In this document: positions 12,474 to 24,256 of the stretch, in pieces
How the letters are laid out: each line of letters begins with the position of its first letter
How positions within the stretch are numbered: position 1 is the first letter of the stretch
DNA from: Takakia lepidozioides
Taxonomy: Eukaryota > Plantae > Bryophyta
DNA: 64,000 nucleotides
Assembly (NCBI GenBank): GCA_030704615.1
Contig: CM060734.1
Span: 20,584,001-20,648,000, forward strand
Direction: 5' to 3'
Position numbers and translations under genes: made by a program
Notes under the pieces: generated by a model
The model's input: the letters and a program-made list of their open reading frames with translations, nothing else
Databases searched by the model: none
Told to the model about the DNA's origin: nothing

Positions 12474-13328
12474 TTTCTCTCTTGCTCTGCGTCTCTCTCT
12501 AAGGGAAGTAAAATAAAGAGACTTTCTTCTCTTTCGTATTCTAGAAGGAACCCTCTCCAGCTTGACTACCACTCTCCCTCTAAGCGCGAAAAGTAGAAAA
12601 ACGCAGTGACTCCCGATTTCTTGCGGGATTGCCTGTGTTCTTGCGTGTCTCTAGAAGCATCGGATTCCCTCCCGCGTGACCGTTACACATAGTCGTTTCG
12701 TTATTAGTGCACATGCCAGCAATTGGTGTACAGCTGTTCGTATTCAGTTATGGATGTCTGACGTGTGCCGCCCAAAACAAAACGGCGTGTTCTAAATTAT
12801 AACTGGTTCAATATTTAAAAAGAACAGCGAATCCCAGAAATTGATGCGCAGTCTTAAACAAATAAATATAAATGAACGAGAGTTTGATGACAAATTTTGG
12901 AATATCATACACGGTCATCCTTGTTATCCAAACCCCACATTCGTTGCACATTTGGAACTTTCCAGGTGCGCATGATCATTGGTAGTAGTATATAGATACA
13001 TTTACTTAATCTGCAATCCCATTCTCGGATCCTGTGGCATGCTTCCAGGAAGTCGGCTTTGTTATTGGGTTTATTGATGAGGTTCTGATTAACGGTTTAA
13101 CAGTTGCCGACACTGCCCCTATGGATTCTCTGACCACTGGGCCCACAAGAAAAGTAATTAAAATGGACGGCTGCATATCTGGAATGAATAACAGAATATG
13201 CACAGTCGTTATCTGAGCTTCCTCCGCCATATGCTCTGCTCATTCTTCAACTGTGTTCTGGAGACAGCAGTAAACCGATTTACACTAGATCTGCGATAGC
13301 AAGGTACAAACATACTCGAGGAAGGAAG
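12474..13328. promoter_or_regulatory. Probable bidirectional promoter between divergent MULE-1 genes
   Basis: 855-bp gap between two divergent ATGs, with TATA-like tracts near 12797, 12863 and 12989. Confidence 0.45.
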
Positions 13329-16300
13329 ATGGCTTCCTCTGAAGCGGAGTTCTTCTCAGACGACAAACCAGTGCCGTTCTCCCAGGAAGTCCTTGACAAT
13401 GGATTTGCAATTGTTCTGGAACATGTCTTGGCTACCCGTTTTCAGCTGCAGAATGGCTCCATCTTTTTGGAGAAAGAGGTTTACGATCTGAAAGGGAAGT
13501 TGGTGAAATATTCTTTCCAAAACCGTGATGAGACGGCTCATATCAGCCAGTGGAGAGTGCGTCCTGGTCGATACAGAGTACTTGGAGAGCCTCGGCGAAA
13601 GTCCCTTGGGTCATATGTGACGCCCGGGACTGCTGCTTCGGTCGTTGAAGACAAGAGGGAGGTGGTGGTGAAAAAAGAACAGACTTCCTCCACTCCAATC
13701 GTTGAGCTTTCGGATTCTTCCGATGATGACATAAGTGAAATTCCAAATCCAGTCCTTCCTACTGTGGTTGCAGAAGCTGATGAAGAAGAGATTTGTAGTG
13801 TCATTCCAAAATTGCGGGCGATGGGAGGAATGGCTGGATTCAAAAGTGAGTTGCGGGGAATTGATTGGGAATCTTTGAAGCAGGTGCCTGTGAAGTTCTT
13901 GCCGGAGACTTTTGATGGCGATATCCTATTCGAGCTGCCTCCTCCTCCGCGAGTTGGAGGTGTAACAATCATGATGCATGGAATGGACAAGAAACACGAC
14001 GGGCACCCGTGGTGCAGAACAAAAACATCCAATATTCAGAATGATGACAAGCTTGTTTTCAGGAGGACAGTTTGCAATGGACACCTTAGGTGTGATAATT
14101 TGAATTGCAGACACTTTCTTCAGTCTGGAGTTCATAATCAAAGCGAATGGGAGGGTCTGGCGGAGAATCCATTTCAGCCTGGGACTGCCCCTCCACCGGC
14201 AAACACTTTCGTCTGCAAATTCTGCAAACTTGTGCCATCCTGCTTGGCGCTCTGCGGAGCAAGAATGTACTATGTTGTCCACCGTTTGAATACAATGACG
14301 AGAGCTTGTGTGCATTTTGGATTCCATAACCATCCTGTCTCGAAGGGGGATTACAGGGAGAGTGTTGAGACAGTATCGAGGTTGATCAAACAGGAGTTCG
14401 GGAGAAACCCATCCGCAACAACATCTGCAATTGCTCTTGGCGCAAGCAAGTCCTTCTTGGAAAGCCATATTTTGAGTGAAGGAGATTCTGTGGGGACTAA
14501 ACTTGACGGTGCAGCATTGGACCTGGTCATGGATCATTTCTCCACTTTAAGTTCACCTAACATTCGGCATCAGATCAATGCATTGAGAATGGGCTCTGGG
14601 ATCAGAGGCTACATAGACAATATTTTGGAATTGAAACGACTGAGCAAGTACGATTACATCCAGGACAATGTATTCCCAGGTCAAGGTGCCATCAAAGTTT
14701 TTCTTTTCAAAATGTCGACTGTTGGGGAGGGCAGTGGGGTTAGCCTCGTGAAGCGGATGCAAAAGACTGGGGACTTGCAGAACTGTTTTCTTATGTTTGA
14801 TCATGTGAAACGAGTGAAGGATTGGACGACAATGGCTTGTCATGTCTACGATCCAGTGTACCAACGAGTTATGACAATTGCAGTTTGTGACATGCAATCC
14901 GAGGATACGGAATCCCAGAAGCTCATGTGGAATTCCCTGATACGTGTCATGGGCTGCCATGGGCTGCCATCTCCAAATTTCGCAGGTTTCATGGCGGATA
15001 GTGCTCAAGCAAATTTCAATGCTATTCGTATTGTCTTCGGATCGGGCGACCCAAAAGTGCCTATGCCAGGAAGAGAGCGTACATGTCTATTCCATTGGAC
15101 ACAATCTCTGGAAAAACATACAAAGTCGGACATCAAACCAGAGATGCAGACTCAGCACCGTAAATTGTGCAAAGAGTACAAAGATGCTAGAACAATGAAG
15201 GAGGCGGACACTTTGTTCCAGACAATTCGTGCCTGGTGGTTCTCTTCTGGAGCTGCATCACTTGAGAGTATGAGAGCATTGGAAGATTGGCTGGCGTTTT
15301 GGCACTTCCGGTATAGACAGTGGGGAGCAGCCATGACAATGGTACGAGGCTTCTATTTCATGCTTTATTCATACATTTGCTTTCCATATTTTTGACTCAT
15401 TGCTTTCTTTATGTTGTTTCCTGTGCACTATTCTGAAGTGTGGTTATCCTCTTTGCAGAACATGTCCATTGAGGAAATGGCAGACATGCCATCTTGCAAT
15501 TTGGCAGAAACTGTGCACAATGCATGGTTGCAGCAGTCTGGGAAACGAGGTCGGGATTTGTATGTGGCAACAACAGATGATTTGATACGTGCCTTGCAAC
15601 AACAAACCCGATACCGTGATTTCTTACGAGGTGGGGTTGGTGGCAAGGGTCCGGACAAATGGGAGTTGATGTTGCGTGCTGCAAACAGATCTGGGGATCC
15701 AATCAAGATAGCACGGGCGGTGAGCATGTATGCCCAGGGAACGCCACTTGTTTCTAGAGTTCCACATCTTGAAGGGGAGGAGAGATTCGGCTCCTGTAAG
15801 AGGAAATTGAACACTCCACCTGGTTCGGATTCAGATTCCCACAGGGCAGACCGTGATAACTTCTCGAAGCCTCGTGTTCCCCTGCATGACAGCTCCGTGT
15901 CCGGAACCTCCATTGTGGAGGAACCTCCAACACGACGGCAAGCTCCAGCATCAAACCGTGCCACTGAAATGGTGCAGGAGAGAAACAACCCCCTTGATGT
16001 GCTTGAGTCCGCATGCCCCGACCACGTTTGGCACATAGAACGCACAAGTGTCGGGTCTCGTGTGAAATGTACAGCGATCAGGGCAACTAATTTCGAGAAG
16101 TGCACTTCATCTATATCCAGAGGTGGTGCCCGAACTCCTGCTCCGACTTTCACGGGCTTGATGCGTCCATACGGTCAACCAGAAGCCAAGAACCACAAGT
16201 TCTGGTTCTGCGCAGATGATTGTGCCAGATGTGTGCATGGAACTGTGCGTCCTTCCGTAGTGATGAAGCCATCTCCTCCAACCGTTTGGCCCGTGAAGGT

Positions 16301-16844
16301 GGGAACACATCTCAGCTTTCAGGAGATTGAAATGCTGGAGGAGGCAGGTTTTTCCCTTGCGAGACAACCCCAACTCCATGCATGTGCTACTACTCCTGCG
16401 TCCTCCCGGGTCCCCCCGGCAAATCCTGACTTGTGGCCAACCAAACGAGATGGAAAGCTCGTTCGGCGTTTCCCTCCAACCGCTGAACACTTTGGCAAAG
16501 TGGAGTCCGCAAGAATGCTCCAAGCTCGTGTCGGAAGCACCACGGAAGTACCCGATCCAGGATATGGTCGGGTATTCACAATCATCACTTCCACATCTGC
16601 TGTTCATGACAGGACCTACGACATCACGGTTTCCAATTTCCCCAATTGCACATGTCCTGATTTTGTGAATATGCTATCAACCAGTTTGGGCAAGAGAGGT
16701 AAATTCATACCCTGCAAACATTTGTATTTCATATTTTTGAGGAGGATGGTTTGCGATCCCAAACGTGACAACTTCATTCACCAGGCCACTATGAGTTTCA
16801 ACGAGGTCGATACTCTTTTGCAGCGGGATACAACACATGGGTAG
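13329..16844 (+). CDS. Mutator-family DDE transposase with N-terminal GCM/WRKY-like Zn domain and C-terminal SWIM finger (~1132 aa, 2 exons)
   Basis: Exons 13329-15341 and 15459-16844 join in phase 0. FLMFDH (D1), FMADS (D2), CLFHW (CxxH), NLAETVH (E), CTCPDF...PCKH (SWIM); no internal stops. Confidence 0.9.
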
Positions 16845-17449
16845 CATGAACTATGTAATGTGGTATGTGGATGACCATGATTTGAAATGTGTAATTCACA
16901 TCAATTCGTCGGCTGTGCAATGATATGGCCTCCAACTATACGGAGTGAGGTCTGAGTGACAACTTTTAGGTAGTGCACATTTGTCATTGCACCGTTCGAA
17001 GTCTACATGTCTTGCTGTCGCTATGCACTACAATCATCTTTTGAAGATGATCATAACTCTCATTGTTATTTGAGGAGGGAGGAAGTCTTCTCGTGGCAGC
17101 CTTTATGGCGCACACTTTGTGAGGATATTTTGTCGTCTTCGTAATTGTAAAAGTGAAACAAACATTTGTAATTGCACAATGTTGGATGCTGCAATTGTAG
17201 GCCTCAACGCTCGTCTTGATTCTATTTAGGCAAGATTCCCTGCATTAATTCCACGGTCATAGGACCATCCACGGTTATAGGCGGCGCATGTTAATGCTGA
17301 CGTGGCAGTTGACGGACAGTGCCACGTCATCATTTACCGCCACATCAGCATGCTGACATGACGCTCACGCCACGTCAGCATGTGTGCAGGCTCACGCCAC
17401 GTCAGCTGGCGTGAGCGTACGCTCACGCCACGTCACTCCTGCGTGAGCG

Positions 17450-17494
17450 TACGCTCGCGCGCTCACGTGCAATGCTCACGCCATTGCGTCGTTG
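17450..17494 (-). repeat. Right imperfect TIR of MULE-1
   Basis: Inverted relative to 6151-6200; preceded by GCTCACGCCACGTCA subterminal repeats at 17364-17436. Confidence 0.8.
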
Positions 17495-17503
17495 CAAAAC
17501 AAC

Positions 17504-19071
17504 TTAGGCGGCAAGATACTTTGGCAAGATATCTAGTACAAACCGGGACGTGACAATGTGGTGGCCGATGCTTTAAGTAGAAAGCAGCAACTTTTGTTGG
17601 TGTACAGGGGCGAGACGGCGCTCCAAAGGAAGATCCGGAAGGCTTGCCAGAAAGATGAGCTGGCGAAGTCCGTGATGCAGGACTTGAGGAGGGGGGTTAA
17701 ATTGCAATTCCACTTGCAAAATGGACTGCTCCGGTATAAGCAAAAGCGACTCTACGTGCCGAAGGGAGGGATCATAGATAGTCTCTTGAGAGAATGCCAT
17801 GATAGCCCGCTTGCGGGCCACGGCGGAGCCAAGCGCACTGCGGCACTCTTGAAGAAAGAGTATTTCTGGCCCAAACTGAGGGAGGAGGCAGAGGAGTATG
17901 TCAAGACATGCACCACATGCCAACAAAACCGGAGCGAGTACAAAAAGCAAGCGGGGCTGTTACAACCCTTGCCGATCCCAAAGGGGACTTGGGAAAGCGT
18001 CTCGATGGATTTCATGACTGCTATGCCGCTGTCAAAAGGATTCGATGCAATCATGGTGGTGGTGGATAGGTTCAGTAAAATGGGCCATTTCATCCTCACC
18101 AAGGAGACGGCAACGGCGCAAGAGACAGGGCGACTTTACTTCGCCCACGTCTTAAAACATCATGGAGTCCCGAAGGATATTGTCTCGGACCGCGATCCAA
18201 AGTTTACGAGTAAATTTTGGAGGACACTTTGGAAGAAGATGGGGACGAGGCTGAAGATGAGCACCGCCTTCCAACCTACGACCGACGGCCAAACGGAAAG
18301 AGTGAATTCCGAAGTGAAGCAGATCTTGCGGAATTACGTGTCGGCAGACCAATCAGACTGGGTGGAACACTTAGACGCGGTAGAGTTCTGTTATAATAAC
18401 ACAGAACACTCCACAACGGGAGTTTCCCCTTTCGTATTGGTCTATGGAAAGCACCTCTGGTGCCGACAAGTTGGGCCGCCCAGGACGTTGAGGAACCGGC
18501 AGTAGCAGCGGTACTGGAAGAACGCGAGCGTTTGTTGAAGCTCGCAAAGTACAACATTGCCAAAGCGAGGAAACAGTATGAAAGGCAAGCAAATTGGAAG
18601 AAGAGGGAAGTGAAGTTTGAGGCAGGCACGGAGGTCTGGTTGAACATCAAGAATTTCCGACTACCTCCGGAAGTGAGTCCAAAATTCGTACCTCCGTATG
18701 CGGGACCCTTTCGCATCCGGAAGGTTATGAATGAGGATGTGTATGAATTGGAGCTGCTGGCAAACAGCAAGGTGCATCCAGTATTCCACGTTTCCCTTTT
18801 GAAGCCTTACTTCAAAGATGAAGCGCGTCCGAATCGGCATCAAGTGTTGCGTCCGCCACCTGTGCTGTTGGATCATGAAAATGAACCTGAGTACGAGGTG
18901 GAGGCAGTACTTAAGTCGAGGAGGTCCAAGAACCGAGAAACGGAGTATCTCGTCAAATGGAAGGGCTATCATCATGTGGAGGCATCTTGGGTGCGTGCCT
19001 CAGAACTGGGAAACGCATCCGAGGCGGTTGCAGTTTTCGAAGGGCGACCTCAAAAGCGGAAGAAGCGTTGA
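17504..19071 (+). pseudogene. Integrase and chromodomain of Ty3 copy 1 (one frameshift near 18455)
   Basis: HDSPLAGH...CTTC zinc motif, SMDF/SDRD/TERVN catalytic core, GPF, YEVEAVLKSRR...YLVKWKGY...SW chromodomain. Confidence 0.93.
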
Positions 19072-19974
19072 TGGGGACATCAACCTTGGAGCGTGGGGGA
19101 GGAAATGCATGCTTAGCCCGGTTTAGCTAGCTCAGGAATCCGATTGCAAAAACTTGTATTGTACAAAAATTTGTTATAAAAGAAATGGGTTCCAAATGTT
19201 GTGTGTCATATTTTGTTGGAATGATGATGCATGGTGTGGTTGGCTAGTGTGTAGAATGCATGCTAGCTTACAAAAGTGGGAGAGGTAAATTGGGTTAATC
19301 GTGTGTTTGCGCAGTGCCGAAATCGGGTGACTCCCATCCAAGAGGCAAGGAAACTTGCGCCTTCTTTGGGAGTTCACGTGCTAGTGCGCACCTGGCGCGT
19401 GCGCGTACTATAACTGCGCTACCGAGGTGGTTGCCTTGTAGTGCGGGCTAACACGGAAGCTATGTGCTTCCGTTCACGTACTATAATCGTGTAGCCTCGG
19501 GACGAAGTCGTAGTGCGGCTTCGACGTGTTCCCGTACCTCAGGCCAGCATTCCAAGACGGACCCAATTGTAGTGATTTGGGGCGCACGGTTGGTTCAAGG
19601 TTATCTTCCTAGTCAAGGGGGTTCGAGGTGAACCCTTGCGCAGTGATGCCAAAAGCAGCATCAGGAGCGATCGCAAGCAATGTTGTTGCAGTAAGGCGAT
19701 TCGATCCTCGGGGAGGATCGTTCCTTGACCTTGAAGAAGGCCAAGAAGAGTGCACTGGGAGGAGCTTGAGAGGCTCCACCCCTGGCCGGGACTTGGAGGA
19801 AGTCGGCCGAACTAGCTAGTGGAGAGTAGAGTCAAGTGTGGGGTTTGGTTCTTTGCCATGGGACGCCATGGTACGGAAACAAACTCCTTGATGTGGGACG
19901 CCACAACTTGGAAGTTCGTTTCTACAAAATGGACAAGTCGATGAGGACATCGACTCCCTGTTGGTAGGGGTGTG

Positions 19975-20487
19975 TGTCGCGGCCCCTTTGCCTTGAGGGT
20001 AGGGGGTCGGGACACATGAGGGGTTGCCCCTGTGGTGGGGGCAGCGGCAGCGATAGGTATGGGGGGCTGAAGCACCCTTGAGTGCCCAAGGCACTCAAGG
20101 AGGCGGAGGCGCTCACTAGGTGGAGCCCCGCACCGCACGCGCATGGCTGGTTGTGAAACCCCCGCGGACAGCTACAGAAGTATATATAGGGAGTAGTAAC
20201 CCCGAGAACGGTGCAAGCCCGTTGGTGACCAAAAACTAGTGAGTAAGCGAGCGAGCCGGAAAGCGACCAAAGAGTGGAGAGCTGTTCCGGACTGCCAACT
20301 ACCAAAGGGAATTCCCGCTGGTTCCAAATCGGTGGAGGGTTCTTTGGGAGTTCAAAGGGGGACCGTTATGCCCCGGTGAGCAGCTGAAGCTCCAAGTTGG
20401 CCCGGCGGCCAGGTTGGGAGTTAGGCGCGCGCATCAAGCTAGCAACTATGACTTGAAGGGGAGCTTACCGAAGTGAGGTGCGCGACA
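19975..20487 (+). repeat. 3' LTR of Ty3 copy 1 with a ~210-220 bp internal deletion
   Basis: Matches 2391-3115 except the segment ~2550-2770 is missing; preceded by G-rich tract GGTAGGGGTGTG. Confidence 0.9.
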
Positions 20488-20492
20488 CTACG

Positions 20493-21181
20493 AGGAGGAC
20501 ACATCCGTCTGGGGATCCCATATGGAAGGGCTTCAACGGAATGTGAAGGCTCCCATCGAAGCCAAAGATTCCTCGGATTCGTCGGAGTCAGAGGAAGAGA
20601 CAGTGGACATTGATGTCGAGGAGAACCCGGAATACGAGTGAGTGCAAACATTGTAAGTTTGCAAAGCCTTCTGGGTGATTTTTGTCAAACACATTTTCGG
20701 ACTATGGTTCTCATTGGTCTCGTGGGTGATTGTTATGTGCAGGATTCCAGGATCCGGGTCGAAACATGTAGGGCCTACACTTCCTGCCAGGAAGAATGTC
20801 CCGTTCTTTGCGAGGGCCGACTTCATGACGAGCCCGGTGAAGGACTACTCCCTTCCTAGTTATACAGCTAAACTCGCAAATACAGCGATTAGACGATGTG
20901 AGAATCCCAGTAAAGTAGAGCAGATTTTGGAGAGGGCTAGGGAGGACAGAAGGATAAGGAAAGAGTTGGCAGCAGCTGAGACAGGTAGACGGGTGCGAAA
21001 GTTCATATGTGATTCAGCGGATGAGAGCGATGCAGACAGGGAGGACGACGACCCAACGGAGGTGAGATGGTCGGTTCCGCAAGGGGAAGATGGGATTTTC
21101 GAAAGCCTGGCCAACGAGCAGTCCGCTGGACATAAGAAAGGCAATGACGGGGTGGAGGCGGAGCAGGACAGTCAAGGATAG
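20493..21181 (+). pseudogene. Cargo gene fragment A, 3' part
   Basis: Continues AY|EEDTSVW...PEYE, then an intron (~20638-20742) and a last exon (...NVPFFARADFMTSP...RKFICDSADES...WSVPQGEDGIFE) homologous to 28478-28936. Confidence 0.75.
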
Positions 21182-21347
21182 GACGACGATATTGATGATT
21201 TTCAAGATTAGTAGAATTTTAATGAACTCTCTGTACATTTAAATTCTCTTCCAGAGTATATAAAGGCAATTCTCCCCGTCCTTGATGTCCCCTCTCCCAT
21301 GTGCTTCTCAACGACACCATCGTCCGAACCACGTCCCTCCCAAAATC

Positions 21348-22237
21348 GGAAATGCGGCACCGCATTTCCATGTCGGAACGGAAATGTGGCAACTGCAAAA
21401 ACCTCGTTTGGAAATGCGGCACCTCATTTCCAAAACCGGGGCAAGAACAGTTTTCCGTTTCATGGTTTGGACATCAGAAACTGTTCGGCCGAACGGAAAT
21501 GCGGTGCCGCATTTCCGTTTTCGACATGGCAGTTCTGTCGATTGTCAGCTCCTTCCATGGAGGTAAATGGAAATGTCACCCCGCATGCGGAGGTCGAACA
21601 CGTTATTTAAATGGCGGACATGGAAATGCGGTGCCGCATTTCCATTTTGGAGATGGACGTTTTTCCAACTCCAGACCCATCGACGGAACTGCGGCTTCGT
21701 ATTCCATGATTCTGGACGGGAATGTGGCACCACATTCCATTGTCCAATAAGAAATTTTGATGACGTACATGGGAGTGCGGCGCCGCATTTCCACAACGTA
21801 CATCATTGTTTGTCCAATTCCAGACCCTTGGACGGAAATACGGCACCGCATACCATTGTCCAATAAGAACTTTTGTTGCCAAACATGGAAATGCGGCGCC
21901 ACATTTCCAAAACAGACATCGTTGATTGTCCAATTCCAGACCCTTCGACGGAAATGCGGCACCGCATTCCATTGTCCAATAAGAAAATTTGATGATGGAC
22001 ATGGAAATGCGGTGCCGCATTTCTAGAACGGACATGGACAAGCATTGGCGATTGGACATGCTTGGACAATTCAAGATCCAATATGGAAATGCGGTGCCGC
22101 ATTTCCAATTTGAAGTATGGTAATGTCATGTCAAGAAATGAAATGCGGTACCGCATATCCGTTACGACCACAACGGAGGAAAGGGAGCTGCCAGAAATCG
22201 CTGCATGGAGAAAAATGAAATGCGGTCCCGAATTTCC
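21348..22237. repeat. Array of ~16 22-bp palindromes GGAAATGCGG-(CG/CA/TG)-CCGCATTTCC
   Basis: Copies every ~30-85 bp, with a ~116-bp higher-order repeat at 21650-22020. Confidence 0.9.
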
Positions 22238-22511
22238 GAGCTTCAGCATGTACATGTTTCCTTTTACTCATACATATATTTCCTTCACCTCAGGACTCTG
22301 ATATCGCTGACTCTGGTACATTCATGTGGACAGACACATTGTAGAATTGAGACCACAAATTGTAAACAGTGGGCCAATTACGGCAGTTCTTGAACACATT
22401 GAAACAGAGCACACAGAAGTGAGGTCCGATGGGTTGTTTATTGATCGAACACGGTGTCTCACATTTAGCAACTCCAGACAAATCTAAGCCCTTCCTCCTT
22501 CTACATGGGCG

Positions 22512-23090
22512 TCACCAAGTCGACGGAACTTCGATAGCCCTCAAAACAAGCTCATTACTGATGCGGCACCTGGAGGTAAACTGCAATGCGGTCATTCTGG
22601 TGCCCTTGGTGGAGCTGACGATAATGTCATGCCCATCAATGATACCACCATCATACATTGACAAGGTCACTGTGGGCCTCATGTGCCCGTGCGATTCGTC
22701 TTCGCAACTCAGCCGAATGTCTCCATACACTGGAAGAGCGGAGTGAACTCCACGAATATAGTTTTCCCCGGTGCCGTCATCCCTGGTCCATTGGCAGCAG
22801 TTCCAGCGCCAAAGCGAGGCCGTGCGTGATCTGTCCGGCATCCCATTCCAGCTTGGTATATCGAGGTCAACAATTTTCAAGACCCACGGACCGCATTGAC
22901 CCTCGCCATCACCTCGCTCAAAGCGGTAATAGCCCTCCAAATACTCCATTGCGCGCAAAGACTCCCGCTTGATTCCAGAAGCGTCAGTGAAAACAGAGAG
23001 CCAGACAATGATGTCTCCTGATTCTGGTTTGAACATAGCATAATCGTGGCCATGATAAGGGCAGTCAGCAGGATTTCGGCGGCACGGCAT
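22512..23090 (-). CDS. Orphan 192-aa ORF, function unknown
   Basis: ATG-to-stop open frame of complex composition outside repeats; TTTAAA ~125 bp upstream; no recognised motif. Confidence 0.35.
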   Translation of the reverse strand: MPCRRNPADCPYHGHDYAMFKPESGDIIVWLSVFTDASGIKRESLRAMEYLEGYYRFERGDGEGQCGPWVLKIVDLDIPSWNGMPDRSRTASLWRWNCCQWTRDDGTGENYIRGVHSALPVYGDIRLSCEDESHGHMRPTVTLSMYDGGIIDGHDIIVSSTKGTRMTALQFTSRCRISNELVLRAIEVPSTW

Positions 23091-23566
23091 CCTTGAAAAA
23101 GATTAGCGGAGTATGCTCAATGACAGCAGCTCCCGGATGGAGGAGGCAGCAGCGCGGTGGCTGGAAGAAGTTCAAGCAAACGCTGCAATTCCTCACAAAC
23201 ACTCCAGGGCACATTTAAATTTCCCCCCTACAGGAACCTGCACAGATGAAGATTGGCTGCTCCATGAATGTAGCCGTTTCAATTTCCTTCCCTGCCATGC
23301 AAACTATGGGCAGTAAGTGTCAGGTGGGCCTATAGCCACTCGAGACGACGTAGTCCATCCCCCCTTCGATGTAAATGCGGCGCCAAATTTCCATCCGGGG
23401 GATGGACTTCGGTGGCAGATTTCAAACTATACCCCGTGGATGAGAAAGAGGTATCGGTTCATCCACCGTTGGCGTGATGAACACGTTACACGATGATTGG
23501 TGGGTACGTGGGACCCAGATGCTCCATTATTGGAGCCCGCACTGCTCGTCCGCTTCTCATCATTTC

Positions 23567-23637
23567 AACTAATTCTTCCTAGAGTGTCCATTAATATAAT
23601 ATAGAATCTTTTTATTTTAATCCGTTAGATCTGTCCC
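23567..23637 (+). repeat. 71-bp direct repeat, copy 1 (Helitron-terminus-like, AT-rich)
   Basis: AACTAATTCTTCCTAGAGTGTCCATTAATATAATATAGAATCTTTTTATTTTAATCCGTTAGATCTGTCCC; one mismatch to 29435-29505. Confidence 0.9.
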
Positions 23638-24124
23638 CTCCATCTGAACAGACTAGATCAAGCCACGTGTTTATCATCCATCTGTTGTCATTGTCATTCA
23701 TTTTATTTTTGTCATCCAGCCGATAATCTCTCATCCATCTGTAACTTTCATCCCTCCATAATTTTCATCCATCTTCCATCCTGGGACATGACCAACTTAA
23801 GTTTGGTACATGAGCCATTTTAAGTTCTCATGAATGTTGCTCCTCATCCATGTCATTCATCCGTTTGGAAAGTGGGGATCGCTACCCTTGATCAACCAAT
23901 ATCCAGCGGTTCACATTTATCCTTGTTTTCCCATTAGCTCCCTTTCCTGTGCTATGTTGAGATCGGGGAGAGGTTCCCATGCTTGAAGTAGCGAGTTGTA
24001 GCGCTTGATTGTTTTGAGAGTCGTCTATTGGTGAGACTTCCAGTACAAATAGACATATTTGCCCACATTTGCTGAGTAAAAAAGACATCGATCTTGAATC
24101 ATTCTTGGCGTTGAAGACTATTTC

Positions 24125-24256
24125 GTTGAGTTATAAATCATACCTCCATACCATGTAGCCTCCAGGGTACTGTCCGCAAACCAAAAGCTGAGTTCATGTA
24201 ACTGCCGACTCCTTGTCAGAAACTTCAAAGGTATAATCCACAGGGTAGTCTGGCAG
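24125..24256 (-). pseudogene. F-box/kelch-repeat (SKIP11-like) gene fragment, 3' half
   Basis: Minus frame LPDYPVDYTFEVSDKESAVT*TQLLVCGQYPGGYMVWRYDL*; joins 29158-29310 across the MULE-2 TSD. Confidence 0.65.

Larger units (their letters stand above)
6151..17494. mobile_element. Mutator-like DNA transposon MULE-1 (11,344 bp) carrying a transposase and a ParB-MTase-like cargo gene
   Basis: 9-bp TSD CAAAACAAC (6142-6150, 17495-17503). Empty site ...CCCCAAAACAACTTAGG in Ty3 copy 2 (~43722-43740, minus). ~45-bp imperfect TIRs rich in GCGTGAGC; DDE transposase inside. Confidence 0.93.
2391..20487 (+). mobile_element. Ty3/Gypsy chromovirus-type LTR retrotransposon, copy 1 (degenerate, interrupted by MULE-1)
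   Basis: TG...CA LTRs; 5-bp TSD CTACG at 2386-2390 and 20488-20492; mutated tRNA-iMet PBS (TGGGATCAGAGC, 3117-3128); gag-PR-RT-RH-IN-chromodomain order. Confidence 0.95.

Noticed and set aside
21348-22237. CRISPR-like appearance of spaced palindromic repeats (also 9180-9903 and 29512-30210)
   Set aside because: Spacers vary in length and are often homologous to each other, repeats are degenerate, there are no cas genes, and the context is eukaryotic.
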